From positions 8,982 through 72,981 of the IMG/VR virus record IMGVR_UViG_3300045243_000070: a DNA stretch of 64,000 nt. The stretch is one strand, 5' to 3'. Position numbers and translations under genes: made by a program. Positions 1 through 8,351 of the stretch are shown piece after piece. Every line of letters begins with the position of its first letter. Positions within the stretch are counted from its first letter, which is position 1. This DNA is from a virus. The notes beneath the pieces are model-generated. The model saw only the letters and a list, made by a program, of their open reading frames with translations. It did not search any database and had not been told where the DNA came from.

Positions 1-285
1 TTTCTTCCACGCCCTGTAGTGGTCAAGCATGTTCTCTGTGATGCTCTCAAGCGTGTTCTTGAACGTGAATTTTAATAGGTCTTCCGTGGTCTTGTCAAGC
101 TTAATCTTCTCAACACGCTCGGCCTTAGTTTGCATGCGCTTGGTCAATGTCATGATGTTCTGGACTAAGTAAAGACCAGCCGATGCCTCGGTAGTAAACC
201 CACCCATGATGCTCTTACCGTCATATTGAATTTCCCAACACGGCTCAGAAAATTTGATTGTAAAATGCTCGTCTATTTTTATCAT
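1..285 (-). CDS. hypothetical protein, runs off the left edge of the window
   Basis: ATG at 285 overlaps the stop of the upstream ORF (ATGA); AAGGGGGC RBS; open frame to position 1 (MIKIDEHFTIKFSEPCWEIQ...). Confidence 0.7.
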   Translation of the reverse strand, partial: MIKIDEHFTIKFSEPCWEIQYDGKSIMGGFTTEASAGLYLVQNIMTLTKRMQTKAERVEKIKLDKTTEDLLKFTFKNTLESITENMLDHYRAWKK

Positions 286-584
286 GATGCCCCCTTAATT
301 ATTCTCAATAGATGTCCACACATTAATTTATCGTGTTTAAAAGCTCTGACCAAAGGCCAATAAAAACCGGGGTATTGATTGCCCGATGCTTGATATATTA
401 CTTGACCAATACACCCACATGATTTCCATGTGCCACACTTTTTTTCGTTGTCGTATTCTCCCCCATAACAAAATTCTACAAAATCACCCTCTTTAATGGC
501 AGTCCCACTCACGTCAAAGATTCCTATTTCAATGCCTTTGAATTTTGAAATTATTTCATCGAGCGTCATTTTAATCGTCCCCAT
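282..584 (-). CDS. YopX-like phage protein
   Basis: DVSGTAIKEGDFV resembles the YopX DxNGxxIYEGDIV motif. Confidence 0.5.
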   Translation of the reverse strand: MGTIKMTLDEIISKFKGIEIGIFDVSGTAIKEGDFVEFCYGGEYDNEKKCGTWKSCGCIGQVIYQASGNQYPGFYWPLVRAFKHDKLMCGHLLRIIKGAS

Positions 585-698
585 GTGTGAAATTGTAAAA
601 CTTTATTTGAAGCATTTGGATGTGCTGGCGAATAATCACCCTTCCCAAAATCCAAAATATTTTAATCACCTGTTTTGTTTGTGCTACCGTCCAGAGTT

Positions 699-953
699 TC
701 ATACCTTCTTTCCCCGCTTGAATTTTTCGTTCAAGGCCGAACAAAGCCACCTGTATTCCCTGATGCATTCCTTCCGGCCCCGCTCACCAAAAATTTGCAT
801 GTTCATTCCAATAATGCTATCCCCATCTTTTGGTTTTATGCTCAGCCACACTTGCCCCGTTTTCCAAGGCTCATCACGTCTTTGCTTTTGGTCTTTACTC
901 GGTGTCCAGTCCTCAATAACTACACGGAAAGGCCCGTCAAATGGGCACTTCAT
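699..953 (-). CDS. hypothetical early protein
   Basis: ATGA overlap with the upstream ORF, same strand as the cassette. Confidence 0.6.
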   Translation of the reverse strand: MKCPFDGPFRVVIEDWTPSKDQKQRRDEPWKTGQVWLSIKPKDGDSIIGMNMQIFGERGRKECIREYRWLCSALNEKFKRGKKV

Positions 954-1246
954 GCTTTCACCTCGATGCTCGGACAGCCATAGGAATGCCCATGCTCAAT
1001 GGGGTCAAGCGCACACAAACATTTTGGTTCTTGCTCCTTGACCTCGATGCTCGGCTGTGGTGTTGGGATGAAATGCTTGAGGGTTTTGTTGATGCTCATA
1101 TCCTTCAATGTTACTTCCTTATTGCCGGGGTATGTGATGCCCTCAATGACGCTCGTGCTGTAGTGCTCAAAACAGCGCTCAGCAATGCCTCTGTCATTCA
1201 ATGGGAAGTCTCCCATGCCTTCGACTATGACGTTGAACCGTGCCAT
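950..1246 (-). CDS. hypothetical early protein (start re-assigned to MARFNV)
   Basis: AAGGGGG RBS before the ATG at 1246; own promoter at 1279-1307. Confidence 0.65.
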   Translation of the reverse strand: MARFNVIVEGMGDFPLNDRGIAERCFEHYSTSVIEGITYPGNKEVTLKDMSINKTLKHFIPTPQPSIEVKEQEPKCLCALDPIEHGHSYGCPSIEVKA

Positions 1247-1278
1247 GCTTCCCCCTTTCGATGCTCGATGCTTGAACC

Positions 1279-1307
1279 ATACTACCATGCCTTGACGGAA
1301 TTGTCAA
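1279..1307 (-). promoter_or_regulatory. sigma70-type early promoter with an inverted repeat over the -35
   Basis: TTGACA-17-TAGTAT with extended TG; CTTGAC-N6-GTCAAG palindrome at 1291-1308. Confidence 0.8.
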
Positions 1308-1627
1308 GCAAAAACTTTCTCGTCCGCTGAAATAACAATACCCATTCGGGTTAATCTAGTGCTCTCCTCCTCGTTGTAAAGCTTTTCCATCTCTAACCTC
1401 GTTAAAAATTCCATGCTCTTGACCTCAACATACCCCTCAACGAAACCATGCTCATTCATGAAGTCATAGAGATATTCTTTTTCGGTGTACCCAAGGCCCA
1501 ACTCTTTTTCTACTCGTTGGTAAATGCACCTATGGATTTCTTCCCCGAATTGTCGAGGGTAAACTACTCCGCTATTCAAGTCTTTCACTGCTGGAATGTA
1601 CCGCTTACCTTTCACTTTGATGCCCAT
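1304..1627 (-). CDS. hypothetical early protein, paralog of 4428..4805
   Basis: YIPAVKDLNSGVVY...H...EGYV...FLTR shared with the 4428 ORF. Confidence 0.75.
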   Translation of the reverse strand: MGIKVKGKRYIPAVKDLNSGVVYPRQFGEEIHRCIYQRVEKELGLGYTEKEYLYDFMNEHGFVEGYVEVKSMEFLTRLEMEKLYNEEESTRLTRMGIVISADEKVFA

Positions 1628-1686
1628 ATGATTCCCCCTTAGATTAAAAATCGTTCAAGCAATGCCCCAAAGAATGCAATTTCAGC

Positions 1687-1890
1687 CTATACTAGAAACC
1701 GCTCTTTCCAGTCCCCGTCAATGAATTCGTGCACAACCCGCTCTTGAACGTCTAAAATTTGTTTGTATTCATTGCTATAGGAAAACGCTTGTTTCTTTGC
1801 CAGCTCAAGGCTATCGCATTGGAACCTTAAATCATTCAAGCCCCCTTCAGGATAATAATCCCCGAAAACAAACACTAAAAATCTTGGCAT
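1687..1890 (-). CDS. small conserved phage protein (YYPxGG motif)
   Basis: GDYYPEGGLNDL motif common in small phage proteins; GAGGGGG RBS. Confidence 0.7.
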   Translation of the reverse strand: MPRFLVFVFGDYYPEGGLNDLRFQCDSLELAKKQAFSYSNEYKQILDVQERVVHEFIDGDWKERFLV

Positions 1891-1938
1891 ACCCTACCCC
1901 CTCAGCTTAAATTTAAAATCGTTCAAGCAAACACCCTC

Positions 1939-2142
1939 TTAATCAAATAATCGACCTATGGGCACTCTTATCACGGCTTGAGGCACAAAGGCTATAGGCT
2001 CGTCTATCCCTTCAAGCTTGACAGGCAAAGCCCCTCTTTCAAACATGCCGTACACTTCACGAGGGTTTAAAACTATTCCCTCCTTACCCTTAAACTCCCC
2101 TACCATAACCCGCACCTTGTGGCCTATGGTCAAAATTTCCAT
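1939..2142 (-). CDS. KOW-motif small protein
   Basis: IGHKVRVMVGEFKGKEGIV matches the KOW consensus GDxVxVxxGxFKGxxGxV. Confidence 0.7.
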   Translation of the reverse strand: MEILTIGHKVRVMVGEFKGKEGIVLNPREVYGMFERGALPVKLEGIDEPIAFVPQAVIRVPIGRLFD

Positions 2143-2233
2143 CCCTTGCCCCCTAGCTTCGATGATTTTACTACCCCGGCCCTGCTACCCTTGGGTAAAT
2201 AATCGGCCCAAGGATAGCCCTTTAAATGCAAAA

Positions 2234-2953
2234 CTAGGCCGTTTGGCGTACCACAAAACCGCTATCATCGTATCGTGCTTTTCCTTTAGCGTACAAGGCC
2301 ACAATTGCCCCCTGATACCCTTCGAGGAAACGCATATCTGTTTTGTCCCCGTCAATGACTGGACGGCCTAAAAACTCTTTGGGGTAGTCTTTACCACCAA
2401 AAACTACTGCAACATTAATCCCATTTTCAAGCGCAAGCTTTACCTCGTTTTCATTCTTTTCAGAACGGGAAAATGTCACATGGTAATTTTTAATATTGTT
2501 TTTGGCATTCAAGGCCTTTTTAATGTCTTTGGTATAATCGTAAAATTGCACGTTAGGAAATTGCTCAAAAACATTTTTCCCGTCATAAGGCTTGAAGTTT
2601 TCCCACCTTATGTCACTAGTGCCATTTAAGCGGACAAAAGCCCTTTTGCCTTCTTTGGTGGCCTTGCGCTCTAAAGCCTCAATTTCCTTTTTCATGGTTT
2701 CAAAAAAGAGGGGTTTATTCTCAAAAAAGAAATTGGTTTTTCTTAAACGGCCTTTAATCACTGGAGCCATAACACCCCGCCCCGCTGAAAATAGGCACGT
2801 CTTAACGCAACCATTGGAAGCAAAAGGGCAAACGTTACCGTGCCCTCCTGCCTTGTGAGGGGTCAAATAAAGAATTGACCCCGTCCAGTCTACTGTTTCA
2901 GACTTTTTTGTCTTATTATTCTTAACCGCTTGCGAAAGAACCGTGTTTGTCAT
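2234..2953 (-). CDS. GP88-family protein (Cys-cluster, radical-SAM-like)
   Basis: CPFASNGCVKTC, VRLNGTSDI, FYDYTK and NYHVTFSRSE motifs. Confidence 0.75.
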   Translation of the reverse strand: MTNTVLSQAVKNNKTKKSETVDWTGSILYLTPHKAGGHGNVCPFASNGCVKTCLFSAGRGVMAPVIKGRLRKTNFFFENKPLFFETMKKEIEALERKATKEGKRAFVRLNGTSDIRWENFKPYDGKNVFEQFPNVQFYDYTKDIKKALNAKNNIKNYHVTFSRSEKNENEVKLALENGINVAVVFGGKDYPKEFLGRPVIDGDKTDMRFLEGYQGAIVALYAKGKARYDDSGFVVRQTA

Positions 2954-2985
2954 ATCAAGCCCCCTTGATGTTTAACTACTCTTGA

Positions 2986-3014
2986 ATATTAACAGACAGT
3001 CAAGGAATAGTCAA
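2986..3014 (-). promoter_or_regulatory. sigma70-type early promoter
   Basis: TTGACT-17-TAATAT with extended TG. Confidence 0.75.
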
Positions 3015-3058
3015 TAGGAAAATAATTTATTTTACGTGATAAAATAAACCAACCTATT

Positions 3059-3087
3059 AGAATACCATACTTTCCCGGTTTTGTCAA
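3059..3087 (-). promoter_or_regulatory. sigma70-type early promoter (tandem with 2986-3014)
   Basis: TTGACA-17-TATTCT with extended TG. Confidence 0.75.
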
Positions 3088-3101
3088 GCGTTAAATAAAA
3101 T

Positions 3102-3135
3102 AAAAAAGCCGTACCTTGGGGGCAAGGCACGGCTT
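3102..3135 (-). terminator. intrinsic terminator
   Basis: AAGCCGTGCCTTG-loop-CAAGGTACGGCTTTTTT. Confidence 0.8.
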
Positions 3136-3163
3136 AACCTGCTGAAAAAGAGAAGTTAGAGAA

Positions 3164-3523
3164 TCAAATAAACGGTTTCCAGCCGTCCTCCTTAGCCAGT
3201 TTTCCAATTATGGCGTTATAGACTTGCGCCTTGCTGGAATAATACTCGTAATTTTCTTCCCCCGGCCTAAAATTCTCCCATTGGTTAATGGGGGCAAGCC
3301 TAAGAATTTCCTCTTTTAAGCCCCCGCCCTCGTAATAATCAATAAAGCCCTGAAGATTATAATGGGCAATAAAACCACTAGCGAGGGAAAGGAAATTGTA
3401 CCCTGTTTTATTAAGCTGGTTAATGTCCTTGCAAGCCTTAACCACGTTGTTAACAATCAAGGCCTGCTTTTGCTTACTTAACGGCTCAATGCCTTTTCTC
3501 TTCACTTCGTTTAAAGCTTCCAT
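3164..3523 (-). CDS. conserved hypothetical phage protein
   Basis: GFIAHYNLQGFIDYY motif; own promoter, RBS and terminator. Confidence 0.75.
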   Translation of the reverse strand: MEALNEVKRKGIEPLSKQKQALIVNNVVKACKDINQLNKTGYNFLSLASGFIAHYNLQGFIDYYEGGGLKEEILRLAPINQWENFRPGEENYEYYSSKAQVYNAIIGKLAKEDGWKPFI

Positions 3524-3560
3524 GCTCTGCCCCCTTGATGCTTATATGCTCAACGGATTA

Positions 3561-3589
3561 ATGCTACCATGCCTCTATGGTATTGTCAA
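3561..3589 (-). promoter_or_regulatory. sigma70-type early promoter
   Basis: TTGACA-17-TAGCAT with extended TG. Confidence 0.75.
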
Positions 3590-3625
3590 GTATAAAAATA
3601 TGGTGCTTGAATGAATTAACCCCTC

Positions 3626-3654
3626 AGTATACCAAAAAAGTTTTTACTTGTCAA
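3626..3654 (-). promoter_or_regulatory. sigma70-type early promoter (tandem)
   Basis: TTGACA-17-TATACT with extended TG. Confidence 0.8.
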
Positions 3655-3662
3655 GTAAAAAA

Positions 3663-3887
3663 TTAAGGTAGGGGAAAGAAACCAATTGCCTTTAAAAGCA
3701 ATTTAATATTATAAAGGGCTTGCTCTTGCGTGAAACCTATTTCACTGACACCTTGCCCCGGCACGTCAAGCAAAAAGGGCATATCATCATTGAAAGGCTG
3801 GTAAACAATTGACCCTTGATAGGCATTAAAGCCCAAAGACCCTTGAATATAATTTGTTAGTGAACCGTTGACATAATAGTTTTCCAT
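3663..3887 (-). CDS. hypothetical protein
   Basis: 74-aa ORF preceded by TAAATTTTAGC (late-type motif) at 3895-3905. Confidence 0.55.
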   Translation of the reverse strand: MENYYVNGSLTNYIQGSLGFNAYQGSIVYQPFNDDMPFLLDVPGQGVSEIGFTQEQALYNIKLLLKAIGFFPLP

Positions 3888-3949
3888 GCCTTAGGCTAAA
3901 ATTTAATTGTTTTGGCAGGGGTAGGATAGCGGACTGGTTAAAATGACAC

Positions 3950-3986
3950 AAAAAAAGCCCCTTAGAATGTAAATCCAAGGGGCTTT
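3950..3986 (-). terminator. intrinsic terminator
   Basis: AAAGCCCCTTGGA-loop-TCTAAGGGGCTTTTTTT. Confidence 0.8.
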
Positions 3987-4004
3987 AAACGGCCTTTAAT
4001 GCTT

Positions 4005-4295
4005 TTACTTCTTAGCCTTGACCGTTACCTTATTGAAAAGCGCAACATTAATATAAGGGTCAAGCTTTTCACCAAAAACGGGTTTCAATGTTTCCAGTGA
4101 AACCGTTTCCCGTCTTTGGGGTTGAACCATGACGAGGAATGACCCCGTATTGATTTCAGTTTTCCCCATGCTTTCAAAGAAGTCTTTCAATTCACCCTCT
4201 TCTTTTTCAAGCAAAGACTTTTGGTCTTTGATTAACTTAAGCCTTTTGGCCTTTTCGTTAATCGTCTCAATTTCTTTTCGTGCTTTTGTCGGCAT
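4005..4295 (-). CDS. hypothetical coiled-coil protein
   Basis: AAGGGGGC RBS, promoter at 4398-4426, downstream terminator. Confidence 0.75.
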   Translation of the reverse strand: MPTKARKEIETINEKAKRLKLIKDQKSLLEKEEGELKDFFESMGKTEINTGSFLVMVQPQRRETVSLETLKPVFGEKLDPYINVALFNKVTVKAKK

Positions 4296-4397
4296 AATGC
4301 CCCCTTTAAAATTTTAGCGGAAAAAGAGTCTTTAAGGTTATTTTGCCTTAACACTAACTAGCGCTTTTACCCTCTTGCGCTTTCCCCGCTTTAAAAT

Positions 4398-4426
4398 ATA
4401 CTACCAAAAAATCCCTTCCCTGTCAA
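4398..4426 (-). promoter_or_regulatory. sigma70-type early promoter
   Basis: TTGACA-17-TAGTAT with extended TG. Confidence 0.8.
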
Positions 4427-4427
4427 G

Positions 4428-4805
4428 TTAAAAATTATCTGGACATAACCCCTTTCTTTGTAAAGTAAATGTTTCGCCTAAATGATAACCCCCATGATAT
4501 TCGACCCCTTTTTGTTTTAAATGCTTGTCAAGCGCTTTCCTTGTGAAATAGTCCCCGGTATTTAGAGAAACAAAACCCTCAATTAGTTTGCATTCTTCAC
4601 TGTCATAATCCCTTTCATTGTAAGGGATTTTAAAGATATCCGCAACCCTGATAAAAACATCATGGTGCGTTCTGTCTTCAGGCAAAGCCATGTAAACTTT
4701 ACCGCTTTCCTTATGCTTGACGGCTGGAATATACCCCTCTTTAATTCTTTGCTTGACTAAAATAGCCTCTAAGCTTTCAAACCTTCTTAATTTTAATATT
4801 GTCAT
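4428..4805 (-). CDS. hypothetical early protein, paralog of 1304..1627
   Basis: YIPAVKHKESGKVY...HH...EGFV...YFTR. Confidence 0.75.
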   Translation of the reverse strand: MTILKLRRFESLEAILVKQRIKEGYIPAVKHKESGKVYMALPEDRTHHDVFIRVADIFKIPYNERDYDSEECKLIEGFVSLNTGDYFTRKALDKHLKQKGVEYHGGYHLGETFTLQRKGLCPDNF

Positions 4806-4815
4806 TTAATGCCCC

Positions 4816-5046
4816 TTATCTTACATCAAAAACAATGGCTTTACTTACTGGGTTTTGGTATGGCTTGCCATTGTAAGCGTATTCAACCGGGTTTCCGTGC
4901 TTGTCCGTTTCCATAATTTCGGGTTTTTCTGCGTTTCTGTTTTGGCTTCCCCCCTCATCAGCGTCATGCCACATGATAAGCACTTCCATATCATCAGAAA
5001 CCCCGTCAAGGTTATTAATCATTTTTTTAAAATCGCCTAGTTTCAT
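4816..5046 (-). CDS. small hypothetical phage protein
   Basis: MKLGDFKKMINNL..DDMEVLI start; AAGGGGGC RBS. Confidence 0.7.
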   Translation of the reverse strand: MKLGDFKKMINNLDGVSDDMEVLIMWHDADEGGSQNRNAEKPEIMETDKHGNPVEYAYNGKPYQNPVSKAIVFDVR

Positions 5047-5109
5047 CTTATGCCCCCTTGAATTAAAAATCGTTCAACTAACAGCCCTTTAAATGTAATT
5101 TCGACCCTT

Positions 5110-6342
5110 TTAAGCTTTGACCCCCTCAACGAATTGCGCCCTTGTGATAACCGTTTCCTTGACCCCTTTAAATTCATTATGAGCCTTAACAGTAGCCTTG
5201 ACAATTAAGCCGTCAACGTCCTGCGCTCCTTCGTTAAATCCAAAACCAAAAGACGTTGAAAACCATGAAAGAGAATTGCCCTTTTCATCTTTAAATTTTA
5301 ATAATGCGCTCTTGCCATAATCGCCTTCGATGAAACGGACATATACGAGTTTAGCCTTGACATTTACAAGCTTGTCCTTAATGCCCCCTAAAAATTCGCT
5401 AGTGATGGAAGGCTTTTCAATCTTAACAAAATCAGGGGTTAAATTATTAGCTTTCATGTAAGCCCAAACACTGGAAACGACAAGCCCCATATAACGGCTT
5501 TCAACGGCTTGACCCTTTAACAGTGTTTTAATGTTTTGCTCATATTCCCCGGTAGGGTTAATGCTTGCGCCCCATGAAATGACGTTTAAAGCGGTTTCCC
5601 TGTCTTGCCCGTTTGGTGTGATAACCTTGTCCTCTATTTTCCGGTAGTCTTCACCCTTTAGGCCCCGGTAATTCACTTGCTCCCAAACTAGGCCCCCCGT
5701 TGAGGGTAGGCCGTTCTCATCGCTTTTCGCCTTGCTCCTGTAAAATCCGCTCTTGCGAATAACAGCGCTAGAAAGGGACAGTATGTCAAGCAATGAGGGC
5801 AAACAATGCGCCCCATGACTGGAAGAATCCCCGCCCCCTATGTTTCCCCCTGCGGTTTCTAAAAATTCGGCAATTTGAGCAAGAAATTCGGGGTTATGGT
5901 TAAAGCCCATAAAATCTTTTAAACAGCTTGAACCTACTTGGATGATAGCCCCTATTTCATCCTTTAATAAAAACGTGCTATTTCTAACCCGGTTAATTTT
6001 GCAATGGTCACATAAGCAAAGCCTAGTCAACCAATCGGCAGGGACAGGGTTGTCCATGTCAAAACGCCTTATGATGTTTCCCCCTTCCCTATGGTCAAGG
6101 CTTGCGACAAAGGAATAACCATTAATAAAAGGGGCTTTCCCGTCAATGGAACCACAAACAACGTTTAAAACCTTTTCAATGCTTGACCCGTCCGGCAATT
6201 GCTCAAAGAAGGTTAGAACGTCCCGCCCCGTTTCAATCAAGGTAATTTCTGGACAACCTATTTTAACCGCTTTCCTGTTAAGCTTTTCGACTTGCTTTTT
6301 AAAATCATCCCATTTATAAACAGGGATTTTAAAGTCTTTCAT
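5110..6342 (-). CDS. conserved phage protein with Zn-binding motif and a C-terminal OB-fold-like region
   Basis: CDHCKINRVR...QVGSSCLKDF; C-terminal beta-rich KATVKAHNEFKGVKETVITR; own promoter. Confidence 0.7.
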   Translation of the reverse strand: MKDFKIPVYKWDDFKKQVEKLNRKAVKIGCPEITLIETGRDVLTFFEQLPDGSSIEKVLNVVCGSIDGKAPFINGYSFVASLDHREGGNIIRRFDMDNPVPADWLTRLCLCDHCKINRVRNSTFLLKDEIGAIIQVGSSCLKDFMGFNHNPEFLAQIAEFLETAGGNIGGGDSSSHGAHCLPSLLDILSLSSAVIRKSGFYRSKAKSDENGLPSTGGLVWEQVNYRGLKGEDYRKIEDKVITPNGQDRETALNVISWGASINPTGEYEQNIKTLLKGQAVESRYMGLVVSSVWAYMKANNLTPDFVKIEKPSITSEFLGGIKDKLVNVKAKLVYVRFIEGDYGKSALLKFKDEKGNSLSWFSTSFGFGFNEGAQDVDGLIVKATVKAHNEFKGVKETVITRAQFVEGVKA

Positions 6343-6376
6343 GTCTTGCCCCCTAGCTGGTTTTCACTACTCTTTT

Positions 6377-6405
6377 ATAATAGCAAAAAAGGGGGATAGT
6401 GTCAA
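6377..6405 (-). promoter_or_regulatory. sigma70-type early promoter
   Basis: TTGACA-17-TATTAT with extended TG. Confidence 0.8.
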
Positions 6406-6449
6406 TGCTTGCCCCTAGTATTTAACGGCTTAATGCTTTTAGGTAGTTT

Positions 6450-6483
6450 ATAACCATTTTGTAGGAATCTACATTATTGTAGA
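6450..6483. repeat. paired 16-bp palindrome, copy 1
   Basis: TCTACA-TTAT-TGTAGA at 6468-6483 preceded at an 18-bp period by degenerate ATAACC-ATTT-TGTAGG. Confidence 0.75.
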
Positions 6484-6744
6484 ATGCCTTCCATAACGAA
6501 AAAAATTTCCCCTAGTGTAATTTTGACCCTTAAAAACAGTCTAGATAAGCGCCCCCTAAAAACCCGCCAAACTTTGGGAGCATAGAAAACCGTTTGGCCT
6601 ATTTTTACATTCTATAGGCCTTTAATTGAAAGATTTTTTATCATAGGGCAATCTTATAAAAAACTTTTTATCTTTTAGTTAAGGCCCTGTTATGTGTAAG
6701 AAATAACAACCCCGGCCCTCTCAAAATTTTTTATAAAAACTTTC

Positions 6745-6773
6745 ATCATATCATAAAAAATCTTTTTTGTCAA
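6745..6773 (-). promoter_or_regulatory. sigma70-type promoter firing into non-coding DNA
   Basis: TTGACA-17-TATGAT with extended TG; no ORF of 60 aa or more in the next ~340 bp. Confidence 0.7.
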
Positions 6774-7082
6774 GTAAAATAAATTTCACGACAAAAAAAC
6801 TTTGCATTTAAACTCGATTTGAGCCCATGATTTTTTATAAAAAGGTTTTTTGTTAGCCTGCAATAAAAGGCCCTTTTACACTGCCCCGTTTTTGCATTCT
6901 TTGGGGCTTTTTCTGCACGGTTTTTTCTTTCGCATAAGGGCAATATGCGCCCACCCCCTGCCGTGGTACGCTCTGAGGGGCAGGGTAGGGACAAGTAAAA
7001 GAGGTTAAAAGAGTCTAAAAAGCGAATCTAGGGGGATAAATAGGGGCTTGTGGGACAGTAAAGGCATGAAAAAAGGGGAAAT

Positions 7083-7118
7083 AAAAAAGCCCCTACCTTT
7101 GGGGAAAGGAGGGGCTTT
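7083..7118 (-). terminator. intrinsic terminator
   Basis: AAAGCCCCTCCTTT-loop-AAAGGTAGGGGCTTTTTT. Confidence 0.8.
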
Positions 7119-7141
7119 AACTACTTGAAAGGGGTTTTTGT

Positions 7142-7597
7142 TTAAGCGTTAACCTCTTCCACGTTCAAAGCTTCTTTCAAGGCCTTGACCCCTTCTTGAA
7201 AATACTTAATCATATCGAGCCGATTGTTTTGAGCGCTTGAACCGTTGCGCCCCTTTGCCATTTCATCGAAAAGAGTTTTGATTCTCGTTTCCATGTATTC
7301 AATGGCTCCCAAAGAGTTTTGAAGGCCTTGGGGGGCTTCTACGTCAAAATCAATTGTTATTTCCAAGGCTTCAAGCAAGCGCCTAACTTTGCTTTGATGT
7401 CTTTGGGTTGACGTTGAATAGCGGTAAGAATTGAAAAACACTTTCCCGCCTATAACCTTGACGAATTCCCACCAATTGTAGGAAAGAGCGGTTTTTGTTT
7501 CAGGGTTAAATGTTACGTTAACCCCTTTGTAAATCCCCGCCCTTTTCATAAACTTCAAAGCGGTTTTTTCCTTCACTACTTCAAGAATTTGATTCAT
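7142..7597 (-). CDS. hypothetical early protein (start re-assigned to MNQILE)
   Basis: AAGGGGGC RBS before the ATG at 7597; YSxSTxRHQS motif. Confidence 0.7.
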   Translation of the reverse strand: MNQILEVVKEKTALKFMKRAGIYKGVNVTFNPETKTALSYNWWEFVKVIGGKVFFNSYRYSTSTQRHQSKVRRLLEALEITIDFDVEAPQGLQNSLGAIEYMETRIKTLFDEMAKGRNGSSAQNNRLDMIKYFQEGVKALKEALNVEEVNA

Positions 7598-7737
7598 TTT
7601 CTGCCCCCTTAAATTTATTTTCTTCCACCAAAAAAACCCTCTCAAAAAACTCTACGTCTATATCTGATATCATGCCCCCTTCTTTAGCGCTTGTCAAGCG
7701 TTCTTCATTTAATTTTTTTAGTCTTTCCCGTACCATG

Positions 7738-7977
7738 TTAAACCCCCTTAGCTTGTTTTAATAGTTTACGATGTCCACCCTCAATTTTCAAGCGCTTTAA
7801 TACTTCCCCATAGGGATGAGCCCCGCAAGTAGTCCAATCAATTTCAGCATTGCAAGCCCACAAAATTTCAGGCTCAATAAGGATAACGGAAATTACCCCT
7901 TCATTTTTTACGATAATTAGCCCCTGCCCGTCACTATCTTTCCAGAATGAGATTGTTATACCTTCTTTGGCTTGCAT
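7738..7977 (-). CDS. hypothetical early protein
   Basis: GAGGGGGC RBS. Confidence 0.65.
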   Translation of the reverse strand: MQAKEGITISFWKDSDGQGLIIVKNEGVISVILIEPEILWACNAEIDWTTCGAHPYGEVLKRLKIEGGHRKLLKQAKGV

Positions 7978-7991
7978 GTCTTGCCCCCTCG

Positions 7992-8021
7992 AAAAAATGC
8001 CCCCTAGCGTTAACTAGGGGG
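7992..8021 (-). terminator. intrinsic terminator
   Basis: CCCCCTAG-loop-CTAGGGGGCATTTTTT. Confidence 0.7.
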
Positions 8022-8035
8022 ATTAAACCGTGCCT

Positions 8036-8290
8036 TTAGTAGTCCTCTAAGCTGTCTAGCTTGTCATCCTGAAGGCTTTCAATATAGCTTTCCCTCTCGT
8101 TTTCAATGTCTTCAGACAATAAAACCTCATCCATCTCTTCTGATAACCGCTCGTTTTCTTTTTCCTCCTGCAAGCATTCGGCGCAAAGAATCGAACCGTC
8201 AAGGGCTAACTTTCCTTCACCCTCTTTCAATTCGATAAAACAATCTCCGCATTCTAACAGCGGGTTTTTCTCTTTAACTTGGTTTGACAT
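8036..8290 (-). CDS. small highly acidic Zn-finger protein
   Basis: CGDC...CAEC followed by an E/D-rich tail; own promoter and terminator. Confidence 0.75.
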   Translation of the reverse strand: MSNQVKEKNPLLECGDCFIELKEGEGKLALDGSILCAECLQEEKENERLSEEMDEVLLSEDIENERESYIESLQDDKLDSLEDY

Positions 8291-8323
8291 ATCACACCCC
8301 CAAAAGTTTTTAACTACACTGAT

Positions 8324-8351
8324 ATATTATCAATTAGAAAAAGATTGTCAA
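8324..8351 (-). promoter_or_regulatory. sigma70-type early promoter
   Basis: TTGACA-16-TAATAT with extended TG. Confidence 0.7.

Noticed and set aside
6770-6994. 74-aa ORF in the non-coding gap
   Set aside because: TTG start without an RBS; it overlaps repeat elements and low-complexity DNA.
7665-7698. Promoter at the TTGACA near 7697
   Set aside because: No good -10 at 16-18 bp; the downstream sequence reads better as an RBS plus ATG of a ~30-aa ORF.
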